Origin: Candidatus Omnitrophota bacterium
Lineage (GTDB): Bacteria > Omnitrophota > Gorgyraeia > Aquiviventales > JACQRC01
Direction: 5' to 3'
Assembly (NCBI GenBank): GCA_016206665.1
Contig: JACQRC010000105.1
Location: 1-63,948, forward strand
Length of the DNA: 63,948 bases
Part shown: positions 51,640-59,796 of the stretch, in pieces
Numbering within the stretch: the stretch's first letter is position 1
Layout of the letters: every line of letters begins with the position of its first letter
Translations under genes and position numbers: made by a program
The notes under the pieces: generated by a model
Databases searched by the model: none
What the model was told of the DNA's origin: nothing
The model's input: only the letters and a program-made list of their open reading frames with translations

Positions 51640-53025
51640 TTGATGGCCGATAACGTTATCTCGACAGGGCAAGATAGGAAAGTTGAGCGGCGAGCTTCAT
51701 CTCGTTATCCCTTGGCATTGCCGGTCTGCTTCGATGACCGACTTTACGGAACTACCCTGAACTTAAGCAGGGAAGGTGCGTGTGTTGCTGTGCCGAGCAA
51801 CCTGCCGTTGTTAGATACCCAGACCTTCAATTCCCTCAAGGTTAAACTATCCAACACCGAGAGAGTTTTTATTCCTGCCGTCGCCGTAAGGCACGAAAAG
51901 ACCTCGGCCAGCCGTCTGACGGTGGGGATGCGATTCCACGAGTCCGGGTACATTGATCCAGAACAGCTCGAAACTGCTTATAAAGGATTCGTCCGCATCG
52001 ACGACAAATTTGCTTCAGAAACGAAGAAGGTAAGAAGGTTCGTAGAGGAGATCAAGCTCCAATGCGATCTCTACGATCAAAGCCACCCAAAAGAGGAGGA
52101 CCGACTTGGTTATCTTAACGGAATCGAGCAAGAGTTGAGAGGAAAGTTTGATGCTGGCTTTGCCAAGGCTTGGAAGCTTTACGCTGAGCTTCCGCCCGAA
52201 GGACAACGCACACATCAATTATACTTCCAACTGATGCTCCACGACTTAGTGGAAGAGAACGTAGAGATTAACCGGCATATCTACCGCAAGCCGCTTGGCT
52301 ATGCCGGTGATTTCATCATGATGAACTATATCTACAACTATCACAATGGGGCTTACATAGGGGCGACCACGTTTGAAAGGATTGTGAACCATTACACTTG
52401 TAGCATCCCAATCTCGAAGTCCAACATCGGCAGGAAGGAATTCCTCAAGCAGCAACTCCTCTCAACAATCGACCGGTGTGAACAGGCGAACATCTTGAGT
52501 GTTGGGTCAGGACCACTCAGGGAATTGACAGAGCTTGCGCTTGAAGGAAAGCTCAGTAAGCCGATACGCTTCACCTGCGTTGATTTTGAGCAGAAGGCTG
52601 TCGAATACTCCAAGTCCGAGATCGAAACCCTTGAGCTAGCCAAGCGTGGCCTTATATCGTTTGAGTTCGTCCTCGGAAACGTCGTTGCCATCATCAGGAA
52701 CAAAAACTTCAGAGAAAAGCTGAAGAGTTACGACCTCATTTACGCTTCTGGCGTGTTCGACTATTTGAGCGACCGGCTATCATCAGCTTTGATCCATCAG
52801 CTTTACGAATCGGCAAGGGAGAAGGGCAGAGTGATCGTCTTCAACGCATCGCTTGACACGAGCAGCCATCGCGGGTATTACGAGCTGCTCGGCGAATGGA
52901 ACATGTACCACCGGACAGAATCGGAGATGCTCCGGTGGCTTCGAGAGGATCTCCGGAAAGCTGCACGCTTCGAGAAACATCCCGCTTGTCCGGACTATCT
53001 TCTCCTAGTCCTGGACAAACCGTGA
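51640..53025 (+). CDS. PilZ domain fused to a class I SAM-dependent methyltransferase of the PhcB-like type
   Basis: PilZ motifs RRASSR and NLSREG; GYAGDFIMMNYIY; SAM motif I ILSVGSGPL; DLIYASGVFDYL. Confidence 0.75.
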   Translation: MMADNVISTGQDRKVERRASSRYPLALPVCFDDRLYGTTLNLSREGACVAVPSNLPLLDTQTFNSLKVKLSNTERVFIPAVAVRHEKTSASRLTVGMRFHESGYIDPEQLETAYKGFVRIDDKFASETKKVRRFVEEIKLQCDLYDQSHPKEEDRLGYLNGIEQELRGKFDAGFAKAWKLYAELPPEGQRTHQLYFQLMLHDLVEENVEINRHIYRKPLGYAGDFIMMNYIYNYHNGAYIGATTFERIVNHYTCSIPISKSNIGRKEFLKQQLLSTIDRCEQANILSVGSGPLRELTELALEGKLSKPIRFTCVDFEQKAVEYSKSEIETLELAKRGLISFEFVLGNVVAIIRNKNFREKLKSYDLIYASGVFDYLSDRLSSALIHQLYESAREKGRVIVFNASLDTSSHRGYYELLGEWNMYHRTESEMLRWLREDLRKAARFEKHPACPDYLLLVLDKP

Positions 53026-55217
53026 CCGTTCTCAACCACTTCATTCTTTCCGCATACCTCACTTCCGCTACTACCTTCCTTCTTGGCCTGTCCGTCCTTG
53101 TCATCAAGCGTTCCTGGCAACGCTCACACGTTGTCTTCGCAGCCTATTCGTTCAACATTGCATTCTGGAGCTTCTGCGTCACGAGATTCAGCCCATTCTT
53201 TGAAGATCCAGGTCTCTTGTGGGGAAGGCTATTGCACATCGGAGCATCACTCATTCCCGTACTGTTCCTCCATTTCGTGCATGAACTGCTGTACCTTGGA
53301 GATTCCAAGTTCTCCAAATTCATGTTAGGGTCGGCCTATATCACTACGGGCGTTTTTGTTGCCTTCGATCTGTCAGGATCCCTGCTGATAACTGGCGTTA
53401 CCCACAGGAGCGAATATAGCTACCCGACGCCAGGACCCCTCTATCCACTTTTCTTTGCTTACTTCGTTTCGGGCATCCTGTTAGGCATCGGACTTCTTTT
53501 TAAAGCATTTATCAGGTCTTCTGGAGTAAGACTCAACCAGTTGAAGTACCTCCTGTTGTTCTCCTCCATTGGGTACTTGGGAGGTATGAAGCACTTCCTC
53601 ATCCTTATCGGACTTGAGCCTTTCCCGATCTATCCATACGGCACATACGCCATCCCGCTCTACGTCTTGGCGGTGATGTACGCCATCACTCGATACAGAT
53701 TGCTGGACATCAATGTTGCTATTACGCGGGCAACCGTTTTTACGGCTGTTTACGCTGCGCTTCTCGGACTACCTTTGTTTGGTGCGTTGGCATGGCAATC
53801 ACGTCTCGAGCAACTCTTTGGGACACGGTGGTGGGTCGGACTCTGGTTAGCATGTGCAGTGCTAGCTACTATAGCTCACTACGTGAACCTGTACTTTCAG
53901 CGGAGGGCTGAAGAAAGGCTATTAGCGGAGCAGCGCCAATATCAGAGGACGTTGTTGACGGCATCGGCGGGGATGACGCAGATACGGGATCTGAAGAAGT
54001 TGCTGAATGTGATTGTGCGGGTGGTGGTGAGGCAGGTGCGGTTGGTGCATGGGGGGATCTTCTTGGCGGAGAAGGAGACGGAGCGGTACATCCTGCGGGC
54101 GGAGCGGGGGGGCAAGGATGGGTTGCAGGTGGGGATGACGCTGGAGAAGTACGATCCGCTGACGAGGTTTTTGAAGCAGCGGCGGGACACGTTAGTCTAT
54201 GAAGAGTTGAAGGCGATGTTGGGGGCGGAGAGCGAGCGGTTTACGGAGGGTGGGTTTTATCAGGATATGCGGCTGGCGCTGAATCGGATGGAGCAGCTGC
54301 AAGCGAGCCTAGCGATTCCAAGCTTTGCGGATGAGCGGTTGTTAGGGTTTCTGGTGCTGGGGCAGAAGAAGTCGGGGCAGATGTACTCAACAGACGACCT
54401 TTCCGTCTTCTCGACGCTGGCGAATCAGGCGGCGCTCGCGATTGAGAATGCCATCTACTTTGAGGAGTTGAAGACGAATCAGGCGTATCTGGTGCAATCA
54501 GAAAAGTTGGCGTCGTTAGGGCAGTTGGCGAGCGGGATGGCGCATGAGATTCATAATCCGCTGGCGATTATCTCCGGGGAGTCGCAGTTGTTCCTCGAGA
54601 AGGTGAAGCTGACGGAGCTCGAGGCGCAGACGGAGCGGGAGAAGGAGTTGGCCGCGAAGATGCGCCAGACGTTAGAGAGCACCATCGAGGAGTGCAACCG
54701 GGCCTCGGACATCACGCGGCGGATTCTGAAGTTCTCGCGGCCGGGCAAGGAGGGGTTTGAGCCGGTGGACGTGGGCGCCATCATCAAGGACAGCACGACG
54801 TTAGTGGGCTATCAGGTGTCGATTCAGGATACCGAAATCATCCATAACATCCCAGCGGATCTACCGAAGGTGTCCGGCAATGTGAACCAGCTGCAGGAGG
54901 TCTTCTTGAACTTGGTGCTCAATGCCTGCCAGGCGATGGGCGGCAAGGGGCGGTTGGAGCTGAGCGCTCAGGTTCGGGGACCCACCGTCGAGGTGAAAGT
55001 CATCGACAACGGCCCCGGCATCCCTCCTGAAAAACTCTCCAAGATCTTCGACCCCTTCTACACGACGAAACAAAACGGCACCGGCCTCGGACTCTTTGTG
55101 ACCCAGCGCATCATGAAGGCCCACGGGGGCTCGCTGGCCGTCGAGAGCGCGCTGGGGCAGGGGACGACGTTTACCGTCAAACTGCCCGTCATGCAAGAGG
55201 CGACAGCAGCGACCTAA
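53022..55217 (+). CDS. sensor histidine kinase with 7TM and GAF domains (HK3), paralog of HK2
   Basis: GTGA overlap with the methyltransferase stop; ITRYRLLDI; MAHEIHNPL; DNGPGI; no heptamer insert between the N and G1 boxes. Confidence 0.88.
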   Translation: MTVLNHFILSAYLTSATTFLLGLSVLVIKRSWQRSHVVFAAYSFNIAFWSFCVTRFSPFFEDPGLLWGRLLHIGASLIPVLFLHFVHELLYLGDSKFSKFMLGSAYITTGVFVAFDLSGSLLITGVTHRSEYSYPTPGPLYPLFFAYFVSGILLGIGLLFKAFIRSSGVRLNQLKYLLLFSSIGYLGGMKHFLILIGLEPFPIYPYGTYAIPLYVLAVMYAITRYRLLDINVAITRATVFTAVYAALLGLPLFGALAWQSRLEQLFGTRWWVGLWLACAVLATIAHYVNLYFQRRAEERLLAEQRQYQRTLLTASAGMTQIRDLKKLLNVIVRVVVRQVRLVHGGIFLAEKETERYILRAERGGKDGLQVGMTLEKYDPLTRFLKQRRDTLVYEELKAMLGAESERFTEGGFYQDMRLALNRMEQLQASLAIPSFADERLLGFLVLGQKKSGQMYSTDDLSVFSTLANQAALAIENAIYFEELKTNQAYLVQSEKLASLGQLASGMAHEIHNPLAIISGESQLFLEKVKLTELEAQTEREKELAAKMRQTLESTIEECNRASDITRRILKFSRPGKEGFEPVDVGAIIKDSTTLVGYQVSIQDTEIIHNIPADLPKVSGNVNQLQEVFLNLVLNACQAMGGKGRLELSAQVRGPTVEVKVIDNGPGIPPEKLSKIFDPFYTTKQNGTGLGLFVTQRIMKAHGGSLAVESALGQGTTFTVKLPVMQEATAAT

Positions 55218-55260
55218 GCCATCAGCAGTCAGCAAGCAGCAATCAGCAAGCAGCAATCAG
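55218..55260. repeat. heptamer array CAGCAGT/CAGCAAG/CAGCAAT starting at the base after the HK3 stop
   Basis: GCCAT CAGCAGT CAGCAAG CAGCAAT CAGCAAG CAGCAAT CAG. Confidence 0.9.
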
Positions 55261-55400
55261 TGCTTCGACTCGGCCCCGCAGGGCCTCGCTCAGCACTGAC
55301 CCTGAGCGAGCGCAGCGAGTCGAACGGGTCAGCAGTCAGCAAAAAAGCCAACCGCCAAAGCACAACACGCCGCAGAGGCGCAGAACCGCAGAGCGACGGT

Positions 55401-56861
55401 ATGGGCTGGTCACAACGCAAGCGACGGCAGGTCGCTGAGCTCCACCGCCGCGCCAAGCGCAACCTGATCCGCTTTCTGGTGGGGATGGGCGTTCTGGTGT
55501 GTTGCCTCCTCCTCACAGTGATGGGCCACGAAGGCTCCACGACCGGCCCCACCCTCGATAGCCGCTTCACCTACACCTACGATGCCGTGGGCAACCGCAT
55601 CACAGCGTCAAGCAACAGGCAACAAGTGACAAGTCAAGAGACCTACACCTACGATAACCTCTACCAGCTCATGGGCGTGACCAGCCCCCAGCCCCACACC
55701 TACCAATATGACCCCATGGGTAACCGCCTCCAAGCCGACGGCACGGTCTACACGCCAACCCCCCTCAACCAGTACGCCACCGTGGGTGGGACCAACCTCA
55801 CCTACGACCTGAATGGCAACCTCAGCAATGACGGCGTCCGGAGCTACGACTATGACTTCGACAACCGCCTCACTCGGGTTACCGGCCCTGGCCTGGACGT
55901 CCGCTACGCCCACGACCCCTTTGGCCGGCTCCTCGAGCGCAACGCCAACGGCACCCGCACCAGCTACCGCTACGATGGCGACCAGATTATCGAAGAACGG
56001 AATGCCGCGAACCAAATCGTGGCCACCTACACCTACGGCCCCGGCATCGACGAACCGCTCACGATGACCCGCGGTGGGCAGACGTACTACTACTTCCAGG
56101 ACGGCCTCGGCTCCGTGACCGAACTCACGAACGCCGCCGGCGAGGTGGTGGAGAGCTACACCTACGACCCCTACGGCCAGCCGACGCCGGCCGTCTCTGC
56201 CGTGGGCAACCCGTACCGCTTTACCGGGCGCTGGTATGATGAGGCCACGGGCCTGTACCACGCCCGGGCGCGGACCTACAGCCCTACCCTGGGCCGCTTC
56301 CTGCAACGGGATCCGAGGCCTGTCGAGCCCAACCCCTACAGCTATGCCCTCAACAATCCAACCACCTTAGTAGATCTGCAGGGCAATCTGACCATCGTTC
56401 CTGGGCCGCTGCCGACGAATCTTCAAGATCCCCGCGGCATCCGAGGCCCGCACCTGCCCACAGGTCAGCTGCCTTCACCGCCCCTGCCGCCCACCGGATG
56501 GGCCCCACCTCTACCACCTCCGCCGGGACCTGACCTGCTGCCTGAACCATCTGCCGGCACCGAAGCCGGGCAGAAAGAGCGCACGGGCAAGCGGGGTCAG
56601 GCCCTATCCCCCGGTGTGGGGCAGGGATCCGGTGTCGATATGGCCAAAGGCACGAGCCCGGAGGGCAAACGGCGTCGAGGGAGTAAAAAGCAAGACATCG
56701 CAGAGATAGACGACGCTGCACAACAAGCCGGAATAGATGATCCTGAAACGCGGAGAGAATTTGGCAGGTTTGTTGAAGAAAGTAAAAAGCAAGAGGGACG
56801 TGGTGATTACTCTTTTCAAGAGCTCAGGCAAAAAGCCTCGGAGTTTCTCGGGAGAAAATAA
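55401..56861 (+). CDS. short membrane-anchored RHS-repeat toxin 3 with Pro-rich linker and small unknown C-terminal domain
   Basis: Start at MGWSQRKRRQ.. plus a TM helix; about 8 YD repeats; core YRFTGRWYDEATGLYHARARTYSPTLGRFLQRDP..NPYSYALNNPTTLVDLQGN. Confidence 0.8.
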   Translation: MGWSQRKRRQVAELHRRAKRNLIRFLVGMGVLVCCLLLTVMGHEGSTTGPTLDSRFTYTYDAVGNRITASSNRQQVTSQETYTYDNLYQLMGVTSPQPHTYQYDPMGNRLQADGTVYTPTPLNQYATVGGTNLTYDLNGNLSNDGVRSYDYDFDNRLTRVTGPGLDVRYAHDPFGRLLERNANGTRTSYRYDGDQIIEERNAANQIVATYTYGPGIDEPLTMTRGGQTYYYFQDGLGSVTELTNAAGEVVESYTYDPYGQPTPAVSAVGNPYRFTGRWYDEATGLYHARARTYSPTLGRFLQRDPRPVEPNPYSYALNNPTTLVDLQGNLTIVPGPLPTNLQDPRGIRGPHLPTGQLPSPPLPPTGWAPPLPPPPGPDLLPEPSAGTEAGQKERTGKRGQALSPGVGQGSGVDMAKGTSPEGKRRRGSKKQDIAEIDDAAQQAGIDDPETRREFGRFVEESKKQEGRGDYSFQELRQKASEFLGRK

Positions 56862-57274
56862 TGGGTAAACGACGAGCCATCGGTTATCGCGAACATTTCG
56901 CGTCGTTACGCATCTTTGGCAAAATTCCGAGTTTTGAAATCATCACGAAGCGCCTTGGTGTTCGACCAGATCATGTACATCGGAAAGGAGAGCGCCGCAG
57001 CGAATTGAGCAAGCCATACGAACACGATTCCTGGCAGGTAAAGGCTCTGGTCGCTCGGAATCGCTCACTGGAGCATCATGTGCGCTGGCTCCATCGGCGC
57101 CTCGCAAAGAAGACGCCTTACCTGAAACGGCTAGCGCAGACGCACGAGGTAGACCTCTACTGCAGCTACCACAGCAACTATGACCAGGGCCGACTCGAGT
57201 TTCCTCCAGAAGTTTTGGCCTGGTGTGGCAATCTGGGGATTCCGCTCCGGGTGTCGATTCTCGTCCAGGAGTGA
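56861..57274 (+). CDS. DUF4279-like protein, candidate immunity protein for RHS toxin 3
   Basis: ATG overlaps the toxin stop by 1 nt (TAATG); SLRIFGKIPSFEIITKRLGVRPD...LYCSYHSNYDQGRLEFPPEVL pattern. Confidence 0.6.
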   Translation: MGKRRAIGYREHFASLRIFGKIPSFEIITKRLGVRPDHVHRKGERRSELSKPYEHDSWQVKALVARNRSLEHHVRWLHRRLAKKTPYLKRLAQTHEVDLYCSYHSNYDQGRLEFPPEVLAWCGNLGIPLRVSILVQE

Positions 57275-57276
57275 AT

Positions 57277-57330
57277 ATGACCTTCACGGTGAAGCTGCCG
57301 GTGATGCAAGAGGCGGAGGCGGAGGCGTAA
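57277..57330 (+). pseudogene. remnant of the 3' end of a fourth paralogous histidine kinase
   Basis: Encodes (M)TFTVKLPVMQEAEAEA*, matching the HK3 C-terminus TFTVKLPVMQEATAAT* (55167-55217) with only synonymous changes in the first 12 codons. Confidence 0.6.
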
Positions 57331-57353
57331 GGGCAGTGGCTAGTGATTGGTGG

Positions 57354-57390
57354 GCACTAAGCACTAAGCACTAAGCACTAAGCACTAAGC
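57354..57390. repeat. perfect tandem heptamer GCACTAA x5
   Basis: Direct read. Confidence 0.95.
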
Positions 57391-57466
57391 AAAAGCTAAC
57401 CGCCAAGGCGCTAAAGACAGACCACCGAAACACCGAAGGGCACTGAAATACAGAAGAGCAAAATTC

Positions 57467-57643
57467 ATGACTGCGAAAAGACAAAGCAAGAGGAGCATCG
57501 CCCATCTCCGGCCACGGAAGAGCGATAAAACGTGGTCAGAGGATGAGCCAGAGTTCCTTCGGCTCAGGCAGCAAGAATCTGAGGCGAGACCTCTGCAGGA
57601 GTATCTGGTTTGTCGACGGACGAGAGAGGACAAACGGCCATGA
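57467..57643 (+). CDS. small basic hypothetical protein (58 aa)
   Basis: ATG-initiated ORF below the track cutoff; ATGA-coupled to the next small ORF. Weak support. Confidence 0.25.
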   Translation: MTAKRQSKRSIAHLRPRKSDKTWSEDEPEFLRLRQQESEARPLQEYLVCRRTREDKRP

Positions 57644-57789
57644 AAGTGCGTCGCGGCACCTGCGGACTCTGCAAGCCTACCAAACGGTACAAGCGTCACA
57701 ACCGTAGGCTGGAGACGTGGCTGAAGCGTCAGACGGCCGTGGACCTTCCGGTCCGCAGCGTGAAGCTCCGTGAGCACCATCATCAATAA
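57640..57789 (+). CDS. small basic hypothetical protein (49 aa) with CGLCK motif
   Basis: MKVRRGTCGLCKPTKRYKRHNRR..; coupled to the previous ORF. Weak support. Confidence 0.25.
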   Translation: MKVRRGTCGLCKPTKRYKRHNRRLETWLKRQTAVDLPVRSVKLREHHHQ

Positions 57790-57872
57790 CTGCCAAGGCG
57801 CCAAAAAGACTACGGGCATACAACCGTTGTGCTGTGGTATAATTAGAAGCAGTTGAGTTGAAAGGAATCGCC

Positions 57873-58076
57873 ATGCCAAGCAAGCCGATGCCCATTGACC
57901 TGACGAAGCTGCTCGCCCCCTATAAGGGGGAGTGGGTGGCGTTGTCGCAGGACGAACAACAGGTATTAGGGCACGGCAAGACGATCGACGAGGCGCTCGC
58001 TGGCGCGAAGAAATACGGTGAGCATCGGCCGATCATCATCAAGGCTCCCGATCAATACTCCGCCTTTCTTCTGTGA
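57873..58076 (+). CDS. DUF5678-like small protein
   Basis: AAAGGA Shine-Dalgarno; YKGEWVALSQDEQQVLGHGKTIDEALAGAKK pattern; ATGA-type overlap with the next gene. Confidence 0.6.
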   Translation: MPSKPMPIDLTKLLAPYKGEWVALSQDEQQVLGHGKTIDEALAGAKKYGEHRPIIIKAPDQYSAFLL

Positions 58077-58528
58077 GCCGTCTGCTACCCATTCCGTATA
58101 CCGAACTGCCTGTTCCTCCTTCCGAAGCCTTTCCCGATGTGCAGAAGCGTGACTATCCCGTCCTGCCAGTGGCGTTATCTTACCAGGGGAGGGTCACCGC
58201 CTTTACCTTCTTTGCGATTATCGACTCTGGCGCAGACAACTGCATTTTCCCGGCCATTGTCGGACGGGAGCTGGGGATTCCCGTAGAAGCCGGTTCCAAA
58301 CTGTTGACGACGGGTGTAGCGGGAGGTGGCATTGCCTACTTTCATCAGGTGAGGGTTCTGTTTCGTTTGGACAACGGGAACTATAATTTCGATTGCTATG
58401 CTGGCTTCATGCCGAGCCTGGACCAAGTTGGCGTTGGCCTCCTCGGCAGGCACGGCTTCTTTGACCTGTTCGAGAAAGTGGCATTTAACAATACTGCCAG
58501 GATCGTCGAACTGACCGCGCGGGATTGA
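58073..58528 (+). CDS. retropepsin-like aspartic protease
   Basis: FFAIIDSGADNCIFP (D-S-G-A active-site motif). Confidence 0.7.
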   Translation: MSRLLPIPYTELPVPPSEAFPDVQKRDYPVLPVALSYQGRVTAFTFFAIIDSGADNCIFPAIVGRELGIPVEAGSKLLTTGVAGGGIAYFHQVRVLFRLDNGNYNFDCYAGFMPSLDQVGVGLLGRHGFFDLFEKVAFNNTARIVELTARD

Positions 58529-58598
58529 CAGAACCAGGAGGGACTCTTTGCTTTTGCAGTATTTTGGTGTATACTTTAAGGTAGTCATTAACCGAGGG

Positions 58599-58629
58599 CG
58601 CTAAGGAAGCGAATCCTTAGCGTTTTATT
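58599..58629 (+). terminator. terminator-like hairpin plus T-tract abutting the next start codon
   Basis: CGCTAAGGA-AGCGAA-TCCTTAGCG then TTTTATT, followed immediately by the ATG at 58630. Confidence 0.5.
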
Positions 58630-59751
58630 ATGGCAGAGAAAAGCGGGCCGCAGACGGTGCGGTTGCTGGTCGCGGATGATGAAGTCAAGATCTCGCGGCT
58701 GTTGGAGTCCTTCTTCCGCGACCGGGGCTATCAGGTCACCGTCGCCACGAACGGCAACGAGGCGGTCGACCACATCCGCAAGCAGCGGCCCCATTTGGTC
58801 TTCCTCGACCTGCGGATGCCCGGCCTCTCGGGCATGGAGGTGTTGAAGCAGGCCCGCGAGATGGACCCGACCATGAAGGTGATCATCATCACCGCCATGG
58901 AGGACGAGGCGACCATGGAGCAGGCCCGGTCGCTGGGCGCCACCGACTACGTCATCAAGCCGTTCAGCCTCGAGTACCTCAACAACACCGTCCTCAACAA
59001 AGTCAACGCCTCCCTGTATGAAGATCTGCGCCGCTCGAACGAGGAGTTAAAGGCCTCGTACGAGCGATTGCAGAAGATCTTCCGCGGGATCACGAAGGCC
59101 TTCGCGACGGTCTTAAGCAAGGTGGACCCCCACTACACCCACGAGCACACCTCCCGGTCGGTCGAGTATGCCTCGAAGATTTTGGTCAAGCTGCGCGAGT
59201 TGGGTGTCAAGCTGGACGGGATTCCCGAGGAGCTGCTGCTCGCCGGCGTGCTGCTGCACGACGTAGGCAAGATCTTCACGCCGAAGGAGGTCCTCTTCAA
59301 GGCCGGGCCGCTGACCGAGGAGGAGTGGCAGATCATGCGCCGCCACCCGGTCGACGGGGCGGACATCCTCACGCAGATCGACGGCTTGCAGGAGATGGCG
59401 AAGATCATCCGCTCCCACCAGGAATGCTATGATGGCTCGGGCTATCCGGACGGCCTCAAGGCCGAGCAGATCCCGATCGGCGCGCGGATCGCCTCGGTGG
59501 TGGACGCGTTCGATGCGATGATCACCGACCGGCCCTACCGCAAGGGCTGCAAGATCGAGAAGGCGATCGAGGAACTGAAGCGCTGCCGGGGGACCCAGTT
59601 CGACCCGACGGTGGTGGACGCCATCATCGCCATCTACGAGGAAGGCAAGCTGCAGCGCGCCACCGAACATCCCCACCACGTCGAGCCGCATACGCTGGTC
59701 AACAATCCCGCCAGTCAGGCGGCGCCGGCGCCCCAAGCGAAGAAAACCTAA
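58630..59751 (+). CDS. response regulator with HD-GYP c-di-GMP phosphodiesterase domain (RpfG-like)
   Basis: Receiver LLVADDE..VFLDLRMP..KPF; HD-GYP LLHDVGK, HHE.YDGSGYPDGL. Confidence 0.88.
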   Translation: MAEKSGPQTVRLLVADDEVKISRLLESFFRDRGYQVTVATNGNEAVDHIRKQRPHLVFLDLRMPGLSGMEVLKQAREMDPTMKVIIITAMEDEATMEQARSLGATDYVIKPFSLEYLNNTVLNKVNASLYEDLRRSNEELKASYERLQKIFRGITKAFATVLSKVDPHYTHEHTSRSVEYASKILVKLRELGVKLDGIPEELLLAGVLLHDVGKIFTPKEVLFKAGPLTEEEWQIMRRHPVDGADILTQIDGLQEMAKIIRSHQECYDGSGYPDGLKAEQIPIGARIASVVDAFDAMITDRPYRKGCKIEKAIEELKRCRGTQFDPTVVDAIIAIYEEGKLQRATEHPHHVEPHTLVNNPASQAAPAPQAKKT

Positions 59752-59752
59752 A

Positions 59753-59796
59753 CTACACCACGGAAACACGGAAATCCACGGAAGCACGGAAGTTCC
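59753..59796. repeat. solo arm of the CACGGAA element at the junction with fabG
   Basis: CTACAC CACGGAA A CACGGAA ATC CACGGAA G CACGGAA GTTCC; same 1-3-1 spacer pattern as the CACGAAA arms; starts 2 nt after the stop codon. Confidence 0.9.

Noticed and set aside
55260-55400. GTG-initiated 47-codon extension of RHS toxin 3
   Set aside because: It runs through heptamer arrays and a multi-stem palindrome. The ATG at 55401 is followed by a basic stretch and a TM helix typical of a real N-terminus.
26986-57390. Short tandem repeat arrays considered as possible CRISPR arrays
   Set aside because: The units are 7-8 nt with 0-3 nt spacers, not 24-40-nt repeats separated by unique 25-40-nt spacers. 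Several arrays lie inside coding sequence, and no cas genes are present.
57385-57879. 164-aa minus-strand ORF
   Set aside because: The composition is odd (Leu/Arg/Cys-rich, no motifs) and it spans repeat DNA at its 3' end. The two coupled small plus-strand ORFs are at least as plausible, and all were given low confidence.
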